Made by a program: the position numbers and the translations under genes. From Alphaproteobacteria bacterium (lineage in GTDB: Bacteria; Pseudomonadota; Alphaproteobacteria; GCA-2746255), in NCBI GenBank assembly GCA_021296325.1, contig JAGWAR010000002.1:65459-129458 (forward strand): a DNA stretch of 64,000 nucleotides. Direction: 5' to 3'. Below, piece after piece: positions 54,157-63,396 of the stretch (the stretch's first letter is position 1; every line of letters begins with the position of its first letter). Under the pieces are notes generated by a model. It made no database searches and was not told the origin of the DNA. It saw only the letters and a program-made list of their open reading frames with translations.

Positions 54157-55245
54157 TCAGGACGCCGCCAGGGTCGGGTAGTCCGTGTAGCCTTTGGCGT
54201 CGCCGCCATAGAAGGTGGCCGGGTCCGGTTCGTTGAGGGCCGCCCCGGTTTCAAGCCGATGGACAAGATCCGGATTGGCAAGAAAGGGCCGGGCGAAGCT
54301 GACGAGATCGGCGCGGCCTTCCGCGATGGCGGCCTCGGCCTTTGGTCCGTCGTAACCGCCATTCGCCATGTAGAGCCCGCCGAAGGCCTCGCGCATGGCC
54401 GGCCAGTCGAAGGGCGGCACGTCGCCGACGAGGCTCACCTCGACCACGTGAAGATAGGCAAGTTTCTGCCGCCCGAGCATGGAGGCGACGGCCGGGAAGG
54501 TCGTTTCGGGCGCGCTGTCCTGCATGTCGTTGAAGGCGTTGAGCGGCGAGAGCCGGACCCCGACGCGGTCCGCCCCCCACACGCCGGCCACCGCCTCGAC
54601 GACGTCGTGAAGGAGCCGGGCGCGGTTCATGAGCGAGCCGCCATACCGGTCCGTCCGCCGGTTCGTGCCATCGCGCAGGAACTGGTCCAGCAGGTAGCCA
54701 TTCGCCGCGTGGATTTCGACGCCGTCGAAGCCCGCCCGGTGTGCGTTCCGGGCGGCCGTTTCGAATTGGGCGAGGAGGCCGGGGATTTCCTCCGTGACCA
54801 GCTCGCGCGGCGTCACGAAAGGCTGCAGCCCTTCATAGGTCATCGCCTCGCCCGCGGGGCGAATGGCGGACGGAGCCACCGGCAAGGCGCCATCCGGCTG
54901 AAGCGAGGGGTGCGAAATGCGCCCGACATGCCAAAGTTGCAGAAAAATCCAGCCGCCTTCTTCATGGACGGCGTCCGTCACGCGTTGCCACCCCGCCACC
55001 TGTTCGGCCGAATGGATGCCGGGGGTCGCCGGGTAGCCCACCCCTTGCGGCGAAATCTGGGTCGCCTCGGTGAGGATGAGCGCGCCCTTCGCCCGCTGGC
55101 GGTAATAGGTGACGTTAAGGTCCTGGGGCACGTTGCCGGGCCCGGCGCGGTTCCGCGTCATCGGCGCCATGACGGCGCGGTGGGGAAGCGCAAGCGGCCC
55201 CAGCCGCACCGGCGTGAAAAGATGGGAAAAGGCGGGCTTCGTCAT
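54157..55245 (-). CDS. nemA: Old yellow enzyme-family alkene reductase (NemA-like)
   Basis: MAPMTRNRA, QLWHVGRISH, EIHAANGYLLDQF, TFYGG..KGYTDYP. Confidence 0.9.
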   Translation of the reverse strand: MTKPAFSHLFTPVRLGPLALPHRAVMAPMTRNRAGPGNVPQDLNVTYYRQRAKGALILTEATQISPQGVGYPATPGIHSAEQVAGWQRVTDAVHEEGGWIFLQLWHVGRISHPSLQPDGALPVAPSAIRPAGEAMTYEGLQPFVTPRELVTEEIPGLLAQFETAARNAHRAGFDGVEIHAANGYLLDQFLRDGTNRRTDRYGGSLMNRARLLHDVVEAVAGVWGADRVGVRLSPLNAFNDMQDSAPETTFPAVASMLGRQKLAYLHVVEVSLVGDVPPFDWPAMREAFGGLYMANGGYDGPKAEAAIAEGRADLVSFARPFLANPDLVHRLETGAALNEPDPATFYGGDAKGYTDYPTLAAS

Positions 55246-55269
55246 GGCATCGCGTTCACGGGCTGGCGA

Positions 55270-56058
55270 TCACTTCACGAATTTGCGGAAATCCGCCTTG
55301 CGTTTTTCATTGAAGGCCTTGACCCCTTCCTGGGACTCGGCGGTGTCGTAGTAAAGGGCCAGCGCCTGCATGCCAAGGCTCGCAATGCCGTTGATGTGGT
55401 CCGTGTCGGCGTTGATCGAACGCTTGGCCAGCGAGAGCGCCGTTGGGGATTTGTCCATGATTTCGGCACACCATTCGTTCACCACTTCGTCGAGTTTCTC
55501 GTGGGGAACGGCGATGTTGGCGAGTCCCATTTCGACGGCCTCCTGCCCCGTGTAGCGGCGGCAGAGATACCAGATCTCGCGCGCCTTCTTCTCGCCGACG
55601 ACGCGGGCAAGGTAAGCGGTGCCGTAGCCGGGATCGACGGAGCCCATCTTCGGGCCGACCTGGCCGAACTGGGCCTTCTCGGAAGCGATCGTAAGGTCGC
55701 AGAGAGTGGCCAGCACGTTGCCGCCGCCGATGGCGTAGCCCTGCACGCGGGCGATGACCGGCTTCGGCGCGATGCGGATGGCATTTTGCAGCGCCTCGAT
55801 CGCCATGCCGATCGTGCCCTTGCCTTCGTAAGCCCCTTCGTGGCCGGACTGGTCGCCGCCGGCGCAGAAGGCCTTGTCACCGGCCCCCGTCAGCACGATG
55901 ACGCCGATGGATTTGTCCCAGCTTGCCTCGGTGAAGGCGTCGATCAGCTCGTCCACGGTGGCCGCGCGGAAGGCGTTCATGCGCTCGGGCCGGTTGATGG
56001 TGATCCACGCGGCACCCGCCTTCACCTCGTAAAGAATGTCCTGATAAGCCATGGTCAT
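55270..56058 (-). CDS. badI: 2-ketocyclohexanecarboxyl-CoA hydrolase
   Basis: AFCAGGDQ, GYAIGGGNVL..LCDL, GQVGPKMGSVDPGYGT, LYY.T.ES.EG; context of aliB. Confidence 0.85.
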   Translation of the reverse strand: MTMAYQDILYEVKAGAAWITINRPERMNAFRAATVDELIDAFTEASWDKSIGVIVLTGAGDKAFCAGGDQSGHEGAYEGKGTIGMAIEALQNAIRIAPKPVIARVQGYAIGGGNVLATLCDLTIASEKAQFGQVGPKMGSVDPGYGTAYLARVVGEKKAREIWYLCRRYTGQEAVEMGLANIAVPHEKLDEVVNEWCAEIMDKSPTALSLAKRSINADTDHINGIASLGMQALALYYDTAESQEGVKAFNEKRKADFRKFVK

Positions 56059-56184
56059 GTTCCTCTTGCTTGCCGCCCCATTCTAGCGGGCCAGGGGCTT
56101 TCGGGAACCGGCTTGCCACCGCTGGCGGCGGCCCCTCAAAAGCCCGGTTTTCCTGGATTTTCCGGTTTTTTCCCGGAGTTTGGC

Positions 56185-56225
56185 TTGACAGGCCAGCCTC
56201 CGAGTGCCTAGCTAATGCTAGTTAG
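56185..56225 (+). promoter_or_regulatory. Promoter and palindromic operator upstream of the TetR gene
   Basis: TTGACA 56185-56190; imperfect palindrome CTAGCTAATGCTAGTTAG at 56208-56225. Confidence 0.6.
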
Positions 56226-56237
56226 AAAATAGGTGAT

Positions 56238-56864
56238 GTGCAAATGAAATCCTCGGCCAAGACAGCGGCGAATGCGGAGCGCAAATCCGTCGTCTCGCGG
56301 CGCGAAATTCTGGACGCGGCGGCCGGCCTCTTCCGCATGAAGGGCTATTACGCGACGACGCTTCGCGACATCGCGGCGGCCGTCGGCATGAAGGCGGGCA
56401 GCGTCTATTACCATTTCGATTCGAAGGAGCAGATCCTCGAAGAGGTGCTGGACATCGGCATCCGGTCCGCCTTCGAAGCCGTGCGCAAGAGCATCGAGGC
56501 CCTGCCGGAAACGGCCACCTGGCGCGAGCGTTTCCGGGTTGCGCTGAACGCGCATTTCGCCTCGCTCTTTCAGCTGGGCGATTACCTGTCGGCAAATTTG
56601 CGCGTCTTCGGTCAGGCGCCGCCCCACATCTACGAGCAACACATCCGTATTCGCCGGGAATATGACGACTACTGGCGGAACATGTACGAAAAGGCCCAGG
56701 CCGCCGGCGAAATTCGCAGTGACGTCAATTTATCGGCCCTTCGCCTGCTGGTTTTTGGCGCCATGAACTGGGCAATCGAATGGTACAAGCCCGGCAAGAA
56801 AACCGTCGACTCGCTTGCCGACGAATATACGCGCATCCTCTTCGACGGTGTTGGGCCCAGATAG
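56238..56864 (+). CDS. TetR-family regulator (AtuR/KstR2-like)
   Basis: ILDAAAGLF..KGY.ATTLRDIA..VGMKAGSVYYHF.SKE HTH; GAMNW..EWY C-terminus. Confidence 0.9.
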   Translation: MQMKSSAKTAANAERKSVVSRREILDAAAGLFRMKGYYATTLRDIAAAVGMKAGSVYYHFDSKEQILEEVLDIGIRSAFEAVRKSIEALPETATWRERFRVALNAHFASLFQLGDYLSANLRVFGQAPPHIYEQHIRIRREYDDYWRNMYEKAQAAGEIRSDVNLSALRLLVFGAMNWAIEWYKPGKKTVDSLADEYTRILFDGVGPR

Positions 56865-56918
56865 GGCTCCGGCCGGAAACGACGACCCCGACCCTTCGGA
56901 CAGTAACTGGAAACGACC

Positions 56919-58520
56919 ATGGCTTTGATCAAGACAAAAATCGACACGCGCTCGGACGCATTCCAAAAGAACAAGGCGGCCTATGAAGCGATGGTCGGCA
57001 CCCTTCGTGAACGCCAGGCCTATGCCGTCTCGGGCGGACGCGACAAGCAGATCGAACGCAACCACGAACGCGGCAAGTTCCTGCCCCGCGAGCGGATCGA
57101 CATGCTGATCGATCCCCATACGCCGTTTCTGGAGCTTTCGACGCTGGCGGCCTGGGACAAATACAAGAACGCCGCCCAGAGCGCCGGCATCGTCACCGGC
57201 ATCGGCATCGTCACCGGCACGCCCTGCGTCATCATCGCCAACGATCCGACGGTCAAGGGCGGCACGTTCTTCCCGGAAACGGTGCAGAAGCACATCCGCG
57301 CCCAGGAAATCGCCCTCCAGAACCGGCTACCGGTCGTCTACCTCGTCGACAGCGGCGGCGCCTTTCTGCCTCATCAGGACGAGGTCTTTTCGGGCCCCCG
57401 GCATTTCGGGCACACCTTCTACCTGCAGGCGCGTCTTTCCGCCCAAGGCCTGACCCAGCTTTCCGCCGTCTTCGGCGGCTCGACGGCGGGGGGCGCCTAC
57501 ATTCCGGTGCTGTGCGACTACGTCGTCATGGTGCGCGGCAAGGGCCGCATCTTCCTGGGCGGCCCGCCCATCGTGAAGGAAGCCATCAAGGAGATCGTCG
57601 ATCAGGAGACGCTGGGCGGGGCGGAGAAGCACACGCGCGTTTCGGGCGTGTCCGACGACTTTGCCGACAGCGAGCCGGAGGCCCTCGGCAAGCTGCGCGA
57701 AGCGATCGCCCGGCTGAACTGGCGGCGCCAGGTCCACGCCAAGACGAAGCCGGCGAAGCCGCCGCGCTACGCCACGGAGGAGCTGCTTGGCATCGTGCCG
57801 GTCGACCGCAAACAGGTCTTTGACATGTATGAGGTCATCGCGCGTCTGATCGATGACAGCGACTTCGACGAGTTCAAACCCCATTTCGGTGAAGAGCTGG
57901 TATGCGGGGTTGCCTACATTCACGGCTATCCCGTCGGCATCATCGCCAACAACGGCATTCTTTTTTCGGAATGCTCGCTAAAGGGGACGCACTTCATCGA
58001 GAAGTGCAACCAGCGAAACATCCCGCTGCTTTTCCTGCACAACATCACCGGCTTCATGGTCGGCACGAAGGCCGAGGAAAGCGGCATCGCCAAGCACAGC
58101 TCGAAGATGGTCTATGCGGTCGCAAACTCCCGCGTGCCGAAATATTCCGTCATCGTCAGCCACTCTTGCGGGGCCGGCAATTACGGCATGTGCGGGGCGG
58201 GCCTGATGCCGCATTTCCTGTTCACCTGGCCGACCTCCTTCATTGCGACCATGGCCGGCGAGACGGCGGTCGTCGTCATGACGGAAGTGAAGAAGGCGGG
58301 CATCGGCGGCGACAAGGTGACCCAGGCCGAACTTGACAAGATCGCCGAGGACACGCGCGCCCTTTACACCGAACAGGGCGACCCCTACCACATCACGGCG
58401 CGGCTTTGGGACGACGGCCTGATCGAACCGACGAAGACGCGCGACATTCTGGGGCTTTGCCTGGCGCTTGGCGCGACGCTCGAGCCGGAAACGGGCTATC
58501 ACCCCGTCTACCGGATGTAA
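56919..58520 (+). CDS. Acyl-CoA carboxylase carboxyltransferase subunit (MCC-beta/AtuC-like, divergent)
   Basis: ANDPTVKGG, VDSGGAFLP.Q, TAGGAY, IANNGILF, NITGFMVG, GAGNYGMCG, ARLWDDG. Confidence 0.9.
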   Translation: MALIKTKIDTRSDAFQKNKAAYEAMVGTLRERQAYAVSGGRDKQIERNHERGKFLPRERIDMLIDPHTPFLELSTLAAWDKYKNAAQSAGIVTGIGIVTGTPCVIIANDPTVKGGTFFPETVQKHIRAQEIALQNRLPVVYLVDSGGAFLPHQDEVFSGPRHFGHTFYLQARLSAQGLTQLSAVFGGSTAGGAYIPVLCDYVVMVRGKGRIFLGGPPIVKEAIKEIVDQETLGGAEKHTRVSGVSDDFADSEPEALGKLREAIARLNWRRQVHAKTKPAKPPRYATEELLGIVPVDRKQVFDMYEVIARLIDDSDFDEFKPHFGEELVCGVAYIHGYPVGIIANNGILFSECSLKGTHFIEKCNQRNIPLLFLHNITGFMVGTKAEESGIAKHSSKMVYAVANSRVPKYSVIVSHSCGAGNYGMCGAGLMPHFLFTWPTSFIATMAGETAVVVMTEVKKAGIGGDKVTQAELDKIAEDTRALYTEQGDPYHITARLWDDGLIEPTKTRDILGLCLALGATLEPETGYHPVYRM

Positions 58521-59323
58521 TGGCGATGGCTTACGAGACGATCCGGATTGCCACCGACGAACGCGGCGTCTGTCAACTGACGCTGGCGCGCGCCGACGTC
58601 CACAACGCCATGAACAAGGCGCTGATCGCCGAGATGCGGGACGCGGTGAAGGCGATTGCGAAGGACCCGAAAGTGCGCGTCGTCGTGCTGACCGGCGAGG
58701 GGAAAAGTTTCTGCGCCGGGGGCGATTTGCGCTGGATGAAGGCGAATGTCGACATGGCGCGCGAGGGACGCATCGCCGAGGCCGGCGAACTTGCCGACAT
58801 GCTGCACGAGATCGACACGTTGCCGAAGCCCGTCATCGGGCGGATCAACGGGCCAGCCTATGGCGGCGGCGTCGGCATGATGGCCGTGTGTGACCTTGCG
58901 ATCGGCGTCAGTTCAGCGCGCTTCGGCCTGACGGAGGTGCGGCTTGGTCTCATCCCGGCGACGATTTCGCCCTACGTCGTGCGCCGCATGGGGCCAGGCA
59001 ATGCGCGGCGGGTCTTCTTCAGCGGCCGGCTGTTCTCGGCCGAAGAAGCCAGGGCATTGAACCTCTTAAGCGCGGTCGTCGCTCCGGAAGCCCTGGACGA
59101 AGCGGTGGAGAAGGAAATTGCCGAATTGTTGCAGGCGGCCCCCGGCGCGGTCGGCGCGACGAAACGGCTTGTCGATTTCGTGGCGAGCCATGACCATGCG
59201 GCGAACCGCGACTACACGCTGACGGCCTTGGCGGATGCCTGGGAAACCGAAGAGGGGCAAGAGGGCATCCAGGCCTTCCTCAACAAGGAAACCCCCTGGT
59301 GGCGGAAAGGAAACCAGTCATGA
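58520..59323 (+). CDS. Enoyl-CoA hydratase (LiuC/AtuE-like)
   Basis: SFCAGGDL.WM, YGGGVG, TEVRLGLIPATISPYV. Confidence 0.88.
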   Translation: MAMAYETIRIATDERGVCQLTLARADVHNAMNKALIAEMRDAVKAIAKDPKVRVVVLTGEGKSFCAGGDLRWMKANVDMAREGRIAEAGELADMLHEIDTLPKPVIGRINGPAYGGGVGMMAVCDLAIGVSSARFGLTEVRLGLIPATISPYVVRRMGPGNARRVFFSGRLFSAEEARALNLLSAVVAPEALDEAVEKEIAELLQAAPGAVGATKRLVDFVASHDHAANRDYTLTALADAWETEEGQEGIQAFLNKETPWWRKGNQS

Positions 59324-61332
59324 AACGCGTCTTCATCGCCAATCGGGGCGAGATCGCCATTCGCGTCCTGAAGACCTGCCGGCGGCTTGGGCTCCGCACG
59401 GCGGTTGCCTATTCGGAAGCGGATGCCGACGCGCTGCACGTGCGCATGGCCGACCGGGCCTATTGCATCGGCCCGAAGGAAGCGGCGGCGAGCTACCTCA
59501 ACGTCGAGGCCATTCTGGAAGCGGCGAAACGGGCCGAGGCGGACGCCATCCATCCGGGGTACGGCTTTCTTTCCGAAAGCACGGCTCTCGTCAACGCCTG
59601 CGAGAAGGCGGGCATCACCTTCGTCGGGCCGAACCCGGAAGCCATCGAGAAGATGGGCTCGAAGATCGAATCGAAGAAGATCGCCGAGGCGGCGAAAGTC
59701 CCCGTCGTGCCCGGCTATTACGGCAGCCAGGATGAAAAGGCACTTGCCAAGGAAGCGAAACGCGTCGGCACGCCTCTTTTCATCAAGGCCTCCGCCGGTG
59801 GTGGCGGCAAGGGCATGCGCCTCGTCACGGACGAAAAGGACTTTGCCAAGACCCTGACGATGGCGCGCCAGGAAGCGAAGGCCGCCTTCGGCAACGACGA
59901 CGTCATGCTGGAAAGGGCGGTCATGAAACCGCGCCACATCGAGGTGCAGATCGCCGGCGACAAGCATGGCAATGTCATCCACCTGTTCGAGCGCGAATGT
60001 TCCATCCAGCGCCGACATCAGAAAGTCATCGAGGAGGCACCGGCCGCCTTCCTGCCCGAAGAGGTGCGCGCCTCGCTTTTCGACTATGCCGTTCGCATCG
60101 CCAAGGCCATTGGCTATGACTCGCTTGGCACCGTCGAGTTCCTCTTTGATGAGGACAGCAAGGAAGCCTATTTCCTTGAGATGAACACGCGCCTGCAGGT
60201 CGAGCATCCGACAACGGAAATGGTGACCAGACTTGATCTCGTCGAATTGCAGCTCGGGATTGCCGACGGCAAACCCATTCCCTTTGCCCAAAACGACATC
60301 ACCCTTTGCGGCTGGGCAATTGAGGCCCGCGTCAACGCCGAATCGCCGGCCGACGATTTCCGCCCGGAGATCGGCACGATCCTGCTTTACGACGAACCGA
60401 AGGGCGAGGGCCTGCGTTTCGACAGCGGCGTGCACATGGGAAGCCAGGTGACGCCCTGGTACGACCCGATGCTGGCCAAGGTCATCGCCCACGGCAAGGA
60501 CCGCGAGGAAGCCTGCCGGCGCCTGGGCACCGCCCTGGCCGATTACGCGCTGGCGGGCGTGGCGACGAATATTGATTTCCTGCGCGACGTGCTGGCCCAC
60601 CCGAATTTCCTGGAACGGCCGCTCACGACGCGCTTCCTGCCGGAAACCTTTCCGGAAGGCTGGAAGCCGAGGCCGGAGCCGGTGGCGGCCGTGCTGGCCG
60701 GGATTGCCTATACGCTGAGCCTCGAGACGGCGGCGCCCGAAGGCACGATCGAGGCGGTGACGCCCTGGCAAACGCTTGGCACCTGGCGGACGCTGGACGA
60801 GGCGATCGTCAAGACCGAGACCCACCTTCGCCTGCTGCGCCAGGGCGAAAGCGAGGACGTGCGGATCACCGGCCATGGCGGACGCTACCACGTCCTGGAA
60901 GGCGAGACGAAACACGAGGTCGAGGCCGAGCGCCTGGCCGACGGACGCATCCAGCTTTGGATGGATGGCGAGCGTTACGACTTTCGCGCCGTCGTCAACG
61001 GCGAGGAGATCGTCGTCGCCGGCAAGTGCGGCAACGCGGTGTTCACGCTGGAATCCCATCTTGCGGTGGAGCAGCACGCCAGCGCGCCGCAGCAATCGCA
61101 TTTCACGCTTTACGCGCCGATGCCGGGACTGATCACGGAGTTGAAGGTCAAGCCGGGCGACCGCGTGCAGTCGGGCGATGTGTTGATCGTCATGGAAGCG
61201 ATGAAACTGGTTCACAATCTCGTCGCCGAAGCGGATGGCGTCGTCGACGCCGTGCATTGCGAGAAGGGCACGACCGTCCAGCACAAGGCGGCGCTCGTCG
61301 AGATTGGCCCCGGAGAGACGGCGGAAGCCTGA
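59320..61332 (+). CDS. Biotin carboxylase-BCCP alpha subunit (MCC-alpha/AtuF-like)
   Basis: IANRGEIA, HPGYGFLSE, GGGGKGMR, RECSIQRRHQK, EMNTRLQVEH, EAMKL biotinylation site. Confidence 0.93.
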   Translation: MKRVFIANRGEIAIRVLKTCRRLGLRTAVAYSEADADALHVRMADRAYCIGPKEAAASYLNVEAILEAAKRAEADAIHPGYGFLSESTALVNACEKAGITFVGPNPEAIEKMGSKIESKKIAEAAKVPVVPGYYGSQDEKALAKEAKRVGTPLFIKASAGGGGKGMRLVTDEKDFAKTLTMARQEAKAAFGNDDVMLERAVMKPRHIEVQIAGDKHGNVIHLFERECSIQRRHQKVIEEAPAAFLPEEVRASLFDYAVRIAKAIGYDSLGTVEFLFDEDSKEAYFLEMNTRLQVEHPTTEMVTRLDLVELQLGIADGKPIPFAQNDITLCGWAIEARVNAESPADDFRPEIGTILLYDEPKGEGLRFDSGVHMGSQVTPWYDPMLAKVIAHGKDREEACRRLGTALADYALAGVATNIDFLRDVLAHPNFLERPLTTRFLPETFPEGWKPRPEPVAAVLAGIAYTLSLETAAPEGTIEAVTPWQTLGTWRTLDEAIVKTETHLRLLRQGESEDVRITGHGGRYHVLEGETKHEVEAERLADGRIQLWMDGERYDFRAVVNGEEIVVAGKCGNAVFTLESHLAVEQHASAPQQSHFTLYAPMPGLITELKVKPGDRVQSGDVLIVMEAMKLVHNLVAEADGVVDAVHCEKGTTVQHKAALVEIGPGETAEA

Positions 61333-61340
61333 ACGGAGGC

Positions 61341-62504
61341 ATGAGACAGGTCATGGAATCGATCTATCAGACGGAAGAATTAGCGCTGTTCCGCGAGCAG
61401 TTGCGCCGTTTCGTCGAGGAGGAGGTCGAACCTTTCGGCGAAGCCTGGGAGGAAGCGGGCATGGTGCCCCGGGAGGTGATCCGCAAACTCGGCCAGCTCG
61501 GCTTTCTCGGCCTCACCTACCCGGAAGAATATGGCGGCGCCGGCCTGGACACGATTGCCAGCGCCATTTTTGCGGAAGAACTGGGCCGTTCCACCTTCGG
61601 CGGCTTTCCTGCAACCGTGCTGGTCCATACCGACATGGGCTCGCCCCATCTCGCCAACGCCGGCTCGGCAGCGCAGATGAAGAAGTACATGCCGAAAATC
61701 ACCTCGGGCGAGATAATCACGGCAATCGCGGTGACGGAACCGGACGCGGGTTCGGATGTCGCCAATCTACGCACCCGCGCCGTCCGCAAGGGCGACGTTT
61801 ACGTCCTTGACGGCACGAAGATGTTCATCACGAACGGGGTCCATGGCGATCTTTTCTTCGTGGCGGCGAGGACGGACCCGCAGGCGAAGGGGTCGCGGGG
61901 CCTTTCGATGTTCATCGTCGAGAAAGGGACGCAGGGCTTCAGGGTCGGCCGACCGCTGAAGAAGCAGGGCTGGTGGTGTTCGGACACGGCCGAGCTCATC
62001 TTCGAGGACTGCGCCGTGCCGGCGGAAAACCTGCTCGGCAAGGAGAATGAAGGCTTCTACGCCATCATGAAGAATTTCCAGAACGAGCGCATCGTGCTGG
62101 GCGCCATGGCGATCGGGACCTGCGACAAGGCGCTGGAACTGACGCTGGATTACGTGACGACGCGGCGCGCCTTCGGCGGCGTGCTGTTCGATCTGCAGGC
62201 GATCCGCCAGAAGCTGGCCGATCTGGCCGGCAAGGTCGAGGCGGGCCGTCAGCTTGTCTATCACGCCGCCTGGCTGGACGCCGCCGGGCGCGATTGCGTG
62301 AAGGAAGTTTCGATGGTGAAGGCCTATTGCGGCGAACTCGTCAACGAGGTCGTCTATGCCTGCCAGCAGTTCCACGGCGGCGCCGGCTATTTGCGGGAAA
62401 CGCCGATCGAACGGATGGTGCGGGACGCGCGCATCCTTTCCATCGGCGGAGGCGCGACGGAAGTGATGCTGGAGGAAGTCGCCAAGCGCATGGTCACGAA
62501 TTAG
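61341..62504 (+). CDS. Acyl-CoA dehydrogenase (AtuD/LCAD-like)
   Basis: AVTEPDAGSDVA, GTKMFITNG, SDTAEL.F, FQNER, SIGGGATEVM. Start at 61341 or 61353. Confidence 0.9.
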   Translation: MRQVMESIYQTEELALFREQLRRFVEEEVEPFGEAWEEAGMVPREVIRKLGQLGFLGLTYPEEYGGAGLDTIASAIFAEELGRSTFGGFPATVLVHTDMGSPHLANAGSAAQMKKYMPKITSGEIITAIAVTEPDAGSDVANLRTRAVRKGDVYVLDGTKMFITNGVHGDLFFVAARTDPQAKGSRGLSMFIVEKGTQGFRVGRPLKKQGWWCSDTAELIFEDCAVPAENLLGKENEGFYAIMKNFQNERIVLGAMAIGTCDKALELTLDYVTTRRAFGGVLFDLQAIRQKLADLAGKVEAGRQLVYHAAWLDAAGRDCVKEVSMVKAYCGELVNEVVYACQQFHGGAGYLRETPIERMVRDARILSIGGGATEVMLEEVAKRMVTN

Positions 62505-62514
62505 GGGAACAAAC

Positions 62515-63393
62515 GTGGCGAAAGAACCTTCGAACCCGGACGTCTGGCGCATCGGCCAATCCGATGAAGAGCTAAGTACAGCGCCCACCGTTTACCGGGA
62601 CGGCCTGTTCGAAGGAAAGGTCGTGCTTGTCTCGGGCGCGGGCAGCGGGCTTGGCCGGGGGATTGCCGCCCTTTTCGCCCGCCTGGGCGCCAGCCTCGTC
62701 ATCTGCGGACGGAACGAGGAACGCCTTGCTTCCGCCGAACAATTCCTGAGCTCCCTCGGCGTCAAGGTGCACGCGAAGATCCTATCGATCCGCGAACCCG
62801 ATCAGGTCGAGGCGCTGATGGACGAGGTGTGGGAACGTTTCGGCCGCCTCGACGTGCTGGTCAACAACGCGGGCGGCCAGTTTCCGCAAGAAGCGATCGA
62901 CTTCGCCGACAAGGGCTGGCGGGCCGTCGTCGAGACCAACCTCAACGGCACCTGGTTCATGATGCAGCGCGCGGCGCGGCGCTGGCGCGACCACAACCAG
63001 CAGGGCAACATCGTCAACATTGTCGCCATCTTTGAGCGCGGCATGCCGGGCATCGCCCATACGGGGGCCGCGCGGGCCGCCGTTACGAACCTGTCCAAGA
63101 CCATGGCCGTCGAGTGGGCGCCCCTTGGCATCCGCGTCAATTGCGTCGCGCCGGGCACCGTCGCCACGCCGGGTTTTCGCCAGTACCCGCCGGAGGGCGT
63201 TGAAAGTTTTCAGCAATGCAACGTGCAGCGCCACCCCGGCGACATGCACGACGTGGCCCAGGCGGTCGTCTACCTTGCCGCCGAGTCGGGCAAGTTCATC
63301 ACCGGGGACACCATCCACGTGGACGCCGGCCAGCGCCTATGGGGCGAGAGCTGGCCCGCCGGCAAACCGGACTATTTCAAAGTCGGCGTCTAG
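62515..63393 (+). CDS. SDR oxidoreductase (AtuB / trans-2-enoyl-CoA reductase-like)
   Basis: SGAGSGLG, NNAGGQF, GMPGIAHTGAARAAV (HxxAAR in place of YxxxK), EWAP.GIRVN.VAPG. Confidence 0.85.
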   Translation: MAKEPSNPDVWRIGQSDEELSTAPTVYRDGLFEGKVVLVSGAGSGLGRGIAALFARLGASLVICGRNEERLASAEQFLSSLGVKVHAKILSIREPDQVEALMDEVWERFGRLDVLVNNAGGQFPQEAIDFADKGWRAVVETNLNGTWFMMQRAARRWRDHNQQGNIVNIVAIFERGMPGIAHTGAARAAVTNLSKTMAVEWAPLGIRVNCVAPGTVATPGFRQYPPEGVESFQQCNVQRHPGDMHDVAQAVVYLAAESGKFITGDTIHVDAGQRLWGESWPAGKPDYFKVGV

Positions 63394-63396
63394 GCG

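Noticed and set aside
55270..56058. MenB (naphthoate synthase)
   Set aside because: GGGNVL and GSVDPGYGT plus the neighbouring aliB fit BadI better; no other men genes present.
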